NCBI GenBank assembly: GCA_910584215.1
Contig: CAJTYI010000002.1
Span: forward strand, 21,249-85,248
From: an uncultured Roseburia sp.
Lineage (GTDB): Bacteria > Bacillota > Clostridia > Lachnospirales > Lachnospiraceae
Direction of reading: 5' to 3'
Length of the DNA stretch: 64,000 nt
Shown here: positions 30,269 through 39,032 of the stretch, piece by piece
Layout of the letters: each line of letters begins with the position of its first letter
Numbering within the stretch: the stretch's first letter is position 1
Program-made: the position numbers and the translations under genes
The notes under the pieces: generated by a model
What the model was told of the DNA's origin: nothing
What the model saw: the letters and a program-made list of their open reading frames with translations, nothing else
The model's database searches: none

Positions 30269-31929
30269 GGTTTTTCCTCCCTGCATATGATCTGTGCCGC
30301 AAAAAAGTTCTTCTTTTCGTCCGTGTTCAAAAAATGCGGCATCTTACTCTGCGCCGTCGGCTTACCTCTTTCTGCAAGCCTTTGCTCGTAGCGTCTGAAG
30401 CTTCCTTCCCGTAAAAACTTGATCTGTAAGGGGCTGATCTCGCGCATATTCAAGCACGCTCTGTATTCGGGATTTGCAGCGCACATACACTCCTCAAAGA
30501 TCGCGGCCGCGTCCCGGGGGGCTTCTTCACATTCCATATAAAATAAATATCCGGGCGCGATTCCGGTGAAATCCTCGCAGACGCAATAACCCCTGACCTC
30601 GGTGTGCGCCAGTTCCATAAATCGCTTTATAGCCATATCGAACTGCTGCTGATTGCTCTTTTCACCCGCAATGTTTATCACCTGGCTTCGACGGTAGCAG
30701 AACTTTACGACTGGTGCCATTTCGTGCATTCCCACGACCTTGACAACATCTCCAAGCCTGTAGCGGTACAGTCCCGAACGGTTAGTCACAACAAGCTCGT
30801 ATTTTTCGCCGACCTTGACATCGCCGATCAGCAGCGGCGTATGATTATGATCTCCGTTTGCGGGAATAAACTCAAAGAAAACCGATTCGGGCAGCAACAT
30901 ATATCTGTCTGCCATATCCATGTTCTCCGCCAGGCCGAAAACGCCCTCCGAGGCTGCAAAGACAAAATAATGCATAGGAACCCCGTCCGCGTACCCGTGC
31001 ATTTTTTTGGTATAATAAAAAAAGCTGTCGCCTCCGATCGCGAGAATGTATTTTATATTTTTCCAGATTTTTTTGATGATTCCCTTGTGCAGCTCCTCAC
31101 ATGGAATAGCGCGAAGCTCTCTCGCGCGTTCGGGATCGGCCGGCAGCTTTTCGGCAAGATATTTTCTTTGCTTTTCGGGAATGTCAACACTTACCGTACC
31201 GTATTCCATATCACTTAAAAGCAGCTTCCAATTACGGAGGATATACTCGATCACTCCCGCAATGCGGTTGATAAATACGCCGTGTATTGCCGTCAGATCA
31301 CGCTCTGCAAGTGCAAATCTCACCTTGATATATAGCTGATCCTCCAGCGTTTCGGGAAACAGTATCTCCTTGGGAACACAGTAATCGGAAGCGTCAAATT
31401 CACCGCTTCTGTCCAGCCACTGATATACGCAGCTTGAACGTATCCCGTTCATTCTGCCGTCGGGCATATATGTTTTCGCAAATTCGCCTATCTGAAAAAT
31501 TTTTCCGAAAACATCCGTTTCACCCAGATCACGGTAATGCTCCCGTATCTGTCCAAAAACGGCTCCATACATAAAAGTATAATGCGCTTCCAGATCATAT
31601 TCAGTAAGCGGAATATATTTCTCATCCCCGACAGTCCCGGAGCTTATACAAAAAAATACTGCGTCGCGCGCGGTCAGAATATTTTTTTCTCCGTCAATCA
31701 TGCGTTCAATGGCGCGGGCATAGTCCTCGTAGGTCGAGAGCGGAACTTTTTTCTGGTATTCCCGAACGGAATCCATTTCTGCAAAGCCATAGCGTCTGCC
31801 GAATTCCGTGTCACGGTTCTCATGCAGCCAATTGAGAAGGAATTTCGTCTGCACCGTATCCGCATTCCTTGCCGACGCTTCAAGACGTTCCAATGATTCG
31901 CTCCCGAGCCGTCCGTAGTCTGTTTTCAT
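30265..31929 (-). CDS. GH3 family acyl-adenylating amido synthetase
   Basis: ISSGTVGDEKYIP, FAASEG, GLYRYRLGD, NIAGEK, QSKMPH motifs. Confidence 0.88.
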   Translation of the reverse strand: MKTDYGRLGSESLERLEASARNADTVQTKFLLNWLHENRDTEFGRRYGFAEMDSVREYQKKVPLSTYEDYARAIERMIDGEKNILTARDAVFFCISSGTVGDEKYIPLTEYDLEAHYTFMYGAVFGQIREHYRDLGETDVFGKIFQIGEFAKTYMPDGRMNGIRSSCVYQWLDRSGEFDASDYCVPKEILFPETLEDQLYIKVRFALAERDLTAIHGVFINRIAGVIEYILRNWKLLLSDMEYGTVSVDIPEKQRKYLAEKLPADPERARELRAIPCEELHKGIIKKIWKNIKYILAIGGDSFFYYTKKMHGYADGVPMHYFVFAASEGVFGLAENMDMADRYMLLPESVFFEFIPANGDHNHTPLLIGDVKVGEKYELVVTNRSGLYRYRLGDVVKVVGMHEMAPVVKFCYRRSQVINIAGEKSNQQQFDMAIKRFMELAHTEVRGYCVCEDFTGIAPGYLFYMECEEAPRDAAAIFEECMCAANPEYRACLNMREISPLQIKFLREGSFRRYEQRLAERGKPTAQSKMPHFLNTDEKKNFFAAQIICREEKP

Positions 31930-33653
31930 TATGCGGAAATTCCCCCCTCCACAAAAATTTGCACCGTGTTTGTGCCAAATGTGCGCTGATACATCGTTTG
32001 CTCACACATACTCTCGATAAGGCGGATGCCCATATACGCGTCGTCATCATCAGCATATGCAAGCGGGTTGAAATCGTTTCCGCCATAGCGTATGCGTATA
32101 CCGATAACACCCTGCAAAAAATATACGCGCAGATCAAATTCGACGGCTCCCTCGTTTTTATCGGCGATCAGCGTCATGATTTCTTCCATCGCAAGACTGA
32201 TGCGCATCGTCTGTTTGGGCGACATTCCGTTTTCACCGCAGAAGTCGGTTATCCTGCCGCTTGCGCCACAGATATTTTCGGTGCTGCCCTCCACCGAAAA
32301 ATTTATGACATTTCCTGATTGCTCGAGAGAGTGATCCAAAAGCAGAAAACGCGAACGGTTTTTATGCAATATCCCTGTTGCGATAAACCAGAAAAGCAAT
32401 GTCAAAGCTTCTCCAAAAAACAAGAACAGCCACGGGCTTTGACCAAAATACAGCAGCACAAAAAGGCTCGCGCAGGACGTTACAAATACCCTTAGAAATA
32501 TGATCGCATTCGACCACAGTGTTCGCCCTGAAACATTGTAATAGCTTGAAAGAACGCAGTTTATCAGCGCGGGTATCATTCCGAGCGACATGCAAACAAA
32601 CGCAAACCGCAGCGGAGTATGCAGACCGTATGCCATTGAGATCAGATCGGCGCCAAGGATAATGATCGCGGAAAAAAGCAAGCTGTACGGAATGCCGCTC
32701 TTTAATTGCCGTTTCATTAAAAATCGCGTGCTTTCGTTGTCGTGTTCACCATTGTAGATACCGAGCATTGCCGAGGCCGCCTGGGGAACTCCGCTCGTCA
32801 CGCTTTCCTCAAACGCCGCGATACAGTTCACCGCCGTAAACGCCGCCACCGTATCACTGCCGCAATAGCAAAGTAAGAGCGTATTTATCACCGATACGCG
32901 CAGGGTCTGAAAGAGATTGTTCGCCGCCGACGGGCTGCCCGCTTTTGCGATCGCGGAGAGTTTTACGCCCTCGCCCTTTACGCAAAATCCGAAAGGAAAA
33001 CCGCTCCTTTTATCGCATAACCTCACGAACCCGAGCACACATGCCGCCGCTGTTGAGAGTACGCTCGCCAGCGCCGCGCCGAACACTCCCATATCCAAAG
33101 CATACAAAAAAATCACATCGAGCAAAACGTTCCCGCCGCCCATGATTAGCATCATCAGCGTTACCTGCCCGCTACGCCCGTCAAGCCGCAAAAACCAGAA
33201 CGGTATGTAGATCAGTATTTTGGGAAGCGCTCCCGCGATCGTCACACTCGAATATTCGGCAACCAAAGGCATTATGCTTTGATCCGAGCACAAAAGCAAC
33301 GACAGCGGCTTTAGAAACATCAGTCCAAATATCGTGATAAAAACCGAAACAACCGTACACCAAAAAATTGACATACGGTAAAGATCCTGTGCCTGTCCGT
33401 TCCGGTTTTTCCCGATAGCATCCGAGGCGCAAATCGCCGTTCCGGACACAAGGAACGAACCCGCGATACAGAGCACCAGATAAACGGGCAAACTGAAATT
33501 TATCGCCGCGAGCGCGCCTGTTCCAAGCCGCTGTCCGACCAAAATACCGTCCGCCAAGATGTTGATATTGCCGCTCAAAACGGACAGTATGCACGGGATA
33601 AGGGCTTTGTTATATGCTTTCCTGAGGAATTGCTCGTTTTGCTTCAGCTCCAT
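31929..33653 (-). CDS. MATE family transporter fused to a C-terminal RsbW-like HATPase domain
   Basis: DGILVGQRLGTGALAA, NVLLDVIFLYALDMGVFGAALAS; C-terminal SLAMEEI...FNPL...MGIRLI. Confidence 0.85.
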   Translation of the reverse strand: MELKQNEQFLRKAYNKALIPCILSVLSGNINILADGILVGQRLGTGALAAINFSLPVYLVLCIAGSFLVSGTAICASDAIGKNRNGQAQDLYRMSIFWCTVVSVFITIFGLMFLKPLSLLLCSDQSIMPLVAEYSSVTIAGALPKILIYIPFWFLRLDGRSGQVTLMMLIMGGGNVLLDVIFLYALDMGVFGAALASVLSTAAACVLGFVRLCDKRSGFPFGFCVKGEGVKLSAIAKAGSPSAANNLFQTLRVSVINTLLLCYCGSDTVAAFTAVNCIAAFEESVTSGVPQAASAMLGIYNGEHDNESTRFLMKRQLKSGIPYSLLFSAIIILGADLISMAYGLHTPLRFAFVCMSLGMIPALINCVLSSYYNVSGRTLWSNAIIFLRVFVTSCASLFVLLYFGQSPWLFLFFGEALTLLFWFIATGILHKNRSRFLLLDHSLEQSGNVINFSVEGSTENICGASGRITDFCGENGMSPKQTMRISLAMEEIMTLIADKNEGAVEFDLRVYFLQGVIGIRIRYGGNDFNPLAYADDDDAYMGIRLIESMCEQTMYQRTFGTNTVQIFVEGGISA

Positions 33654-33655
33654 TT

Positions 33656-34237
33656 TTACTCCGCTCCTCGTTTCGATTTTGCGCACGTTTCGGTATGCGG
33701 TGCAAAGCACGCCGAATTTTTCATCTCCTTTGTCCTCACATCCCTTTCATCGATAAGCCCGCGCAGCTTTTTCAACGCGCCCGCGTGCAGGAGTTTGACA
33801 TAGCTGTATGAAAGATTCATCACTTCCGCGATATTCTTTAGCGTTTTCCCGCTGTAATAATGCAAAATGATGATGTCGCGCTCAAATTTGGCAAGCCGTT
33901 CAAGCGCCTCCGCAAGGAGTTCAAGCGCTTCCTCATTCAGCAGCCTTTCCTCTATGTTATCCTCGGCGCAAACTTCCTCGGACAGCTCGCAGAAGCGCTT
34001 TGCAGTACGGAAATAGTCAGTAACGGTATTTCGCGTTATCGTGTATATCCAGGTGGAGAGCGACGACTTGCTTTCATCAAAGTCCGACAGCCTGTGAAAC
34101 ACCTTAACAAACACCTCAGAGGTCAAGTCCTCCGCTTCCTGTTCATTTGCAATTTTTCCGCGGATGTAACGCGCTATCTTGTCTTTGAACATAACATATA
34201 TGCGCTCTAAATCAATTTTTTCACTCATTTCAGGCAT
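33656..34237 (-). CDS. ECF-type RNA polymerase sigma factor
   Basis: EAEDLTSEVFVKV, STWIYTITRNTVTDYFR, region 4 ERDIIILHYYSGKTLKNIA; GGGAGG RBS before ATG 34237. Confidence 0.9.
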   Translation of the reverse strand: MPEMSEKIDLERIYVMFKDKIARYIRGKIANEQEAEDLTSEVFVKVFHRLSDFDESKSSLSTWIYTITRNTVTDYFRTAKRFCELSEEVCAEDNIEERLLNEEALELLAEALERLAKFERDIIILHYYSGKTLKNIAEVMNLSYSYVKLLHAGALKKLRGLIDERDVRTKEMKNSACFAPHTETCAKSKRGAE

Positions 34238-34418
34238 CGGGCTTAACCTCCCGAATTTCCGGCGGGATAAATTCACCGGCGGCGTTCACCGCCTCCAGAT
34301 CGTCGTCGGAAAGGGCGTTGCCGTAACGGCTTTCGACATCGGCGATCATTGCGGCAAGGCGCGCGTTTCCCGAAAATCTTTGCAAGTCAAACAAATGCTT
34401 CAACGTCTTTTCCATCAT
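34230..34418 (-). CDS. small peptide with a double-glycine-type leader motif
   Basis: ALSDDDLEAVNAAG resembles the neighbouring precursor leaders; overlaps the rSAM stop and the sigma start. Confidence 0.75.
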   Translation of the reverse strand: MMEKTLKHLFDLQRFSGNARLAAMIADVESRYGNALSDDDLEAVNAAGEFIPPEIREVKPDA

Positions 34419-35812
34419 TCACTCCCCATAGGCGCAAGGTTGTTCCAACCGTCAAACAGTGCCGTCAGCTTCTCGTAATAACCCTTTTGAAAAAAAACAC
34501 ACTTCGTGGGGTCGCTGCCGAGTCTATCACCCGTGAGCGCCATTGCCAGAGCGCGGCATCCGCCGACACAGTACTTGAAATATCCGCAGACGGCACACTT
34601 TTCGTTATTCGCGGCGAGAGTTTTGACTGTCGTGCATACCTCCTCGAGATATGTTCCGCTTTGCAAAAGCTTTTGCAAACCGTCTGTTTTGACATTGCCG
34701 AGAAGCTCGCCGCGCGCATCATAGGTCCCGGAAAGCTGCATACACGGATATACGTTGCCGTTGGCTGCGACGGCAATCTTCCCGCGATTGCCCCGGCATA
34801 CGGGCAAGCCGTCGCGGTACTCGCCCTCGGCGCACTCAACGGGTCGAACGCGAAACGCCCTGCTTTGCGGAAATACCGTCAAAAACTGCCAAATATCGAT
34901 ATCCATTTTGTGCGGTTCCTTGATATACTCTACAGCGAAATCATACATTAGCTTATAATATTCTTCAACGCCAAGACACGCATCGCCCGCATTTTCTTTC
35001 CAGCGCGGCGATTCTGAGGTACGGATGATCCGCATTTCCGATATGCCCATTTTATCAAGCATCACCGCGGTAGGCAGCATTGTCTCGAAATTTAAGCGAT
35101 GGACATTCGTCTGCACCTTAACGCGAAAACCGTTCTCGAGACAAGCCGAAATCGCCGCAAGCGCGCTTTTCTCCGCGCCCTCGCGGTTTCTCAGCCAATC
35201 GTGATGACCGATACCGTCAAAGGAAATCTTAATCAGCGAGTCGCAGCCAATCCTTTTCAAACGATCAAGCGTGTTTCGATCGATGAAATGGCCGTTGGTG
35301 TTCAGTTCCTCGACATACATTCCGTGCTTGTATATTTCTTCGACAATCTCAAGGAAATTTCTGTGCAGCATAGGTTCACCGCCCGTTATCGTAACGGAGT
35401 TTACGCCGCATTTTTGAGCCTGTTTTAGCAGCGCCTTCACCTCGTCGAGCGTCCATTCGCTCATTAGCGGCGCGTTGTCGGCGGCGTTAAAACAATGCAG
35501 GCAGTTGTAGTTGCACTTTCCCGTTATCGTAAAGCTCACCGCAGGGAAGTAACGGTTATCGCAGTCGAGATGTTTTTGCCATGCAGACAGCCCGCCGCCG
35601 TTATTGTCCTTAGTGATGAATCCCATATCGAGGAATTTCCCCGCGAGCGGGGAGTTTTCCTCGATCTCGGTTTTTCCGTCACACTTCAAAAGGAACTCAA
35701 ATTCGTCCTTTTTTAATCCCCTCGCATTGCGCACACCCTTTATGTAGTACGCGTAAGGCACCCGCCGCCACGAGCGCAACGCTATATTGTGGTTTAATAG
35801 GTAACTGCCCAT
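34415..35812 (-). CDS. radical SAM/SPASM peptide maturase with probable N-terminal RRE
   Basis: CNYNCLHC, TGGEPML, C...GNVYPC, CAVCGYFKYCVGGC SPASM motif; ~85-aa N-terminal extension. Confidence 0.92.
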   Translation of the reverse strand: MGSYLLNHNIALRSWRRVPYAYYIKGVRNARGLKKDEFEFLLKCDGKTEIEENSPLAGKFLDMGFITKDNNGGGLSAWQKHLDCDNRYFPAVSFTITGKCNYNCLHCFNAADNAPLMSEWTLDEVKALLKQAQKCGVNSVTITGGEPMLHRNFLEIVEEIYKHGMYVEELNTNGHFIDRNTLDRLKRIGCDSLIKISFDGIGHHDWLRNREGAEKSALAAISACLENGFRVKVQTNVHRLNFETMLPTAVMLDKMGISEMRIIRTSESPRWKENAGDACLGVEEYYKLMYDFAVEYIKEPHKMDIDIWQFLTVFPQSRAFRVRPVECAEGEYRDGLPVCRGNRGKIAVAANGNVYPCMQLSGTYDARGELLGNVKTDGLQKLLQSGTYLEEVCTTVKTLAANNEKCAVCGYFKYCVGGCRALAMALTGDRLGSDPTKCVFFQKGYYEKLTALFDGWNNLAPMGSE

Positions 35813-35833
35813 GCCCCTCCACTCCTTAAAGAA

Positions 35834-36145
35834 TTATCCGAACTGCACGTTTCTGCTGTCTATACTGAATACGGCAAAATCTCCCCCGCAATCCGGGTGA
35901 GCGGTACAGTGATCCATCACGACCACCGCCAGATCGTTTTCACCCCGATTATCGAACGGGCAGGACTGCCAGCCACATTTGTTGCACCTCGCGATATAAA
36001 ACAAGGAGTCGAGAACGGCGCCGCCGGCTACCCCGTCCAAAGCGTCGTCGGGCAGTTCGCCGCTTGGCGGCAAACCCTCTGCGGGATTTTGCACAGCCTT
36101 TTTTAAATTGTTGATCTGCATTTCGTTTTTCTTGTTGTTATCCAT
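35834..36145 (-). CDS. double-glycine leader precursor peptide B (42-aa leader, 61-aa core, 5 Cys)
   Basis: GELPDDALDGVAGG|AVLDSLFYIARCNKCGWQSC...HCTAHPDC; GGAGA RBS before ATG 36145. Confidence 0.85.
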   Translation of the reverse strand: MDNNKKNEMQINNLKKAVQNPAEGLPPSGELPDDALDGVAGGAVLDSLFYIARCNKCGWQSCPFDNRGENDLAVVVMDHCTAHPDCGGDFAVFSIDSRNVQFG

Positions 36146-36303
36146 AATTTTCTCCATTTCTGCGTTGCTTTTTAAGCATATCGAGTTTGTGTAAGCCATT
36201 ATGGCTTTGCAACGCGCAGACACAAATCTCGCGATTGAAAATTTTAATTTTCAATCTTTACCTCCAGTCTACTTGACTCTTTCTTTTAAATTATTGTGAT
36301 GGT

Positions 36304-36711
36304 TTACTTTTTGTTGGCGGGATGATTGCAAAGCCACAATCCTTTTTCATAGCTCATAAAATCGCATTCACTGCAGGAACCGGGAGACTTAAGCTCCATC
36401 ACATAACACACATGGTTCGGACACCGGTGAGTTCTCGGTTCAACCTTCTGCCCGCAGTATTTGCATGCCCAATTTCCACAGCCGTACCGCGTTGTTACCA
36501 CCAATCTTCCGTCACCTTTATGACAGCCGCCGCCTGCCACGCTGTCAAGCTCATCGTCGGACAATTCTCCCGACTTGTTCATCTGCTCGAAATAGTCGTT
36601 GGCTTCCTGTTCGGAAAGCTCGATCTCATTTTCTTTCGCAAGCGCCAAAAGCTCCTCTGGAGAGTTCGCCGCTCTTGCCTTTGCCATAAGTTCTTCGTTA
36701 AAGTTTTCCAT
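36304..36711 (-). CDS. Nif11-like leader precursor peptide A (61-aa leader, 74-aa core, 9 Cys)
   Basis: AKARAANSPEELLALAKENEIELS...GELSDDELDSVAGG|GCHKGDG...; GGAGGA RBS. Confidence 0.9.
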   Translation of the reverse strand: MENFNEELMAKARAANSPEELLALAKENEIELSEQEANDYFEQMNKSGELSDDELDSVAGGGCHKGDGRLVVTTRYGCGNWACKYCGQKVEPRTHRCPNHVCYVMELKSPGSCSECDFMSYEKGLWLCNHPANKK

Positions 36712-36816
36712 ACGATTTCCTCCTGTATTATATGATTGTGGCACATACGTTGTTTGATGCCTTCATTACTTTATACGAACAAAAACCGAATAGGGCTAAT
36801 CGTTTTTCAAAATTTT

Positions 36817-39018
36817 TTAAGCCCCCATTTTCGCCGTATCGTCAAGCCTTTGCCGCGCGACCAGTTCCGCGAAAAAACCGCCTTTTTCGATCAGCTCGTC
36901 AAATTTGCCGTCCTCGATGATCCTGCCCTTGTCGAGAACGATAATTCTGTCGCACTGCTTGATCGTTGAAAGCCTGTGGGCAATCACGATACGCGTGCAT
37001 TTCAGCCCGTCGAGCGATTCCGAAACGGTTTTCTGCGTAAGATTGTCGAGCGCGGAGGTCGCCTCGTCGAACATCAGAATCTTCGGTTTGGGAGCGATCG
37101 CGCGAGCGATCATGAGCCGCTGCCGCTGTCCTCCCGAAACGCCGCCGCTGCCCTCGGAAATGATCGTGTGCATTCCCATCGGCATACGGCGGATATCCTC
37201 CGCGATACCCGAAAGTTCGGCCGCTTTCCACGCGTCTTCCATCGTAAGCCACGGCGCGGAGATCGTGATATTTGAAAAAATATCCCCCGAAAACAGCTTG
37301 CCGTTTTGCATTACAACACCGATGTTGCGCCTTAGGGATTTCAAGTCCACCGAGGAAATATCCTTTCCGTCGAAATATACGGCGCCTTTCTGCGGCGTTT
37401 CAAATCCGAGCATCAGCCGCATCAGCGTGGACTTTCCACAGCCCGTCGCACCCACTATCGCCACATACTGCCCGGGGCGTATTTTCAGCGAGAGGTCGTT
37501 CACTACGAGCGGCATATTCTTGTTGTAGCGGAACGAAACGTTGTTCAGCTCGATCCCGCCCGAAAGCCGCGTGATCATCTGCTTGCCCTCGGAAATCTCA
37601 GGAACGGTCTCCAAGATCGGCTTTACCATATCCATGATCGGCTTTATCTGCGCCACCGTAAGCGCTATCCCCGCCAGCGACAGAAATGCTCCCGAAACCA
37701 TTCCGTATGCGGCGTTGAACGCGTAGTAATCCGCGACGGAAACGCCCGACGACACCGCGAAATAGTACATCACCAGTGTTCCCGCCAGCGAGATCGCCGT
37801 GGAAATCACTCCGTTTAGTTTGATGAACGCAGGCGGGTCGTAGCTGAGGCGCGCCTGCTCTGCGTACAGATTTCCCCAACGGGCAAACGCTCTCTTTTCC
37901 GCGCCCGAGAGCTTAATCTTTTGCACCCCCGAAACAAGCGCGTAGGACATTCCGCTTTCCTTTGAAGATAATTCCATCTGCCGCTTGCTGATATTCATCT
38001 GCACGAAAGCCGTGATCACCGAAAACGCCACTGTTGCCAAAGTAATCATAAGCGACGGGACGACCAGCGCAGGCGCGTACACGAAAATCTGCGAAATGTA
38101 AACAAGTGAAAAAATCGACGTCAAACCCGTGGACAGCACCGTGGACACGAGCATATTACAAAGTGAATTTATGTACTGCGCCCTCGCGGACAGCTCGCCC
38201 GAGCCGTAATTCTTAAAGAACTCGGCGGGCAGCGACAGCACTCTTGACATAGTGGCCGCCTGAACGGTAACACTCATTTTCGTGTTGATCCGCGCCGTGA
38301 TAAGCTGCTTTACGGCACTTATCAGCATGGAACTTATCGTAACACAGACCATAAAGACAGTTACCGCGAATAGTAACCGCATGTTTCCGCTCTCGATAAC
38401 GGTTGAAAAAAGCAGCTTGTTCAGCTTCGGCGAGAGCATACCGATAAGCGTAACGCCGAGCGTTGCAAGCCCCGTCAGAACAAAATCCGACGGTGACAAC
38501 GTCGCGAGGATGTACTTCATCAGATCAGGGATACCAAGCTTTTTCAGCGGCAGTGGTTTATAAAAAGCAACCGCCTCTTCTTCAAAAAGCTCCTGATTTT
38601 TTCGATTTATTTTAACGCGCTTTCCCGTTTCCATGTCGGTAAAGCTATACCCCGAAAGCCCCGTGGGTATCAGCGCGACAACGCCGCCATCGCTTTTGCG
38701 AACGCCCAGCATCGCGCCGACCGCATCTTTGTACCACCCTTTTTTGAGCATTACCGTGCGGCGCATTATGCCGTGTGGACGGAGCAGATATTCAAGCTGC
38801 TCGTTACTGTCCTTAATGTTGTCAGGAATTTCCAACGTTTTGACGTGATAAAATTTTAGTATCTCATCAAACGCGTTTTTCGCAATCTGCCGTTTGTCGT
38901 TCAGCGCGGCAGAAACGCGGCTTCCCATGACTGCCCCCGCGATATTGACAAAGGAGTCTGCGAAAACGTCGTTGTCATTTTGTTTGCGCTGCTTTATCTG
39001 TTCATCAAACCAACCCAT
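36817..39018 (-). CDS. NHLP-type bacteriocin export ABC transporter, permease/ATPase
   Basis: GATGCGKST, VSGGQRQR, MFDEATSALD; TM domain; paired with the peptidase transporter. Confidence 0.92.
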   Translation of the reverse strand: MGWFDEQIKQRKQNDNDVFADSFVNIAGAVMGSRVSAALNDKRQIAKNAFDEILKFYHVKTLEIPDNIKDSNEQLEYLLRPHGIMRRTVMLKKGWYKDAVGAMLGVRKSDGGVVALIPTGLSGYSFTDMETGKRVKINRKNQELFEEEAVAFYKPLPLKKLGIPDLMKYILATLSPSDFVLTGLATLGVTLIGMLSPKLNKLLFSTVIESGNMRLLFAVTVFMVCVTISSMLISAVKQLITARINTKMSVTVQAATMSRVLSLPAEFFKNYGSGELSARAQYINSLCNMLVSTVLSTGLTSIFSLVYISQIFVYAPALVVPSLMITLATVAFSVITAFVQMNISKRQMELSSKESGMSYALVSGVQKIKLSGAEKRAFARWGNLYAEQARLSYDPPAFIKLNGVISTAISLAGTLVMYYFAVSSGVSVADYYAFNAAYGMVSGAFLSLAGIALTVAQIKPIMDMVKPILETVPEISEGKQMITRLSGGIELNNVSFRYNKNMPLVVNDLSLKIRPGQYVAIVGATGCGKSTLMRLMLGFETPQKGAVYFDGKDISSVDLKSLRRNIGVVMQNGKLFSGDIFSNITISAPWLTMEDAWKAAELSGIAEDIRRMPMGMHTIISEGSGGVSGGQRQRLMIARAIAPKPKILMFDEATSALDNLTQKTVSESLDGLKCTRIVIAHRLSTIKQCDRIIVLDKGRIIEDGKFDELIEKGGFFAELVARQRLDDTAKMGA

Positions 39019-39032
39019 TTCCCGCGCCCCCT

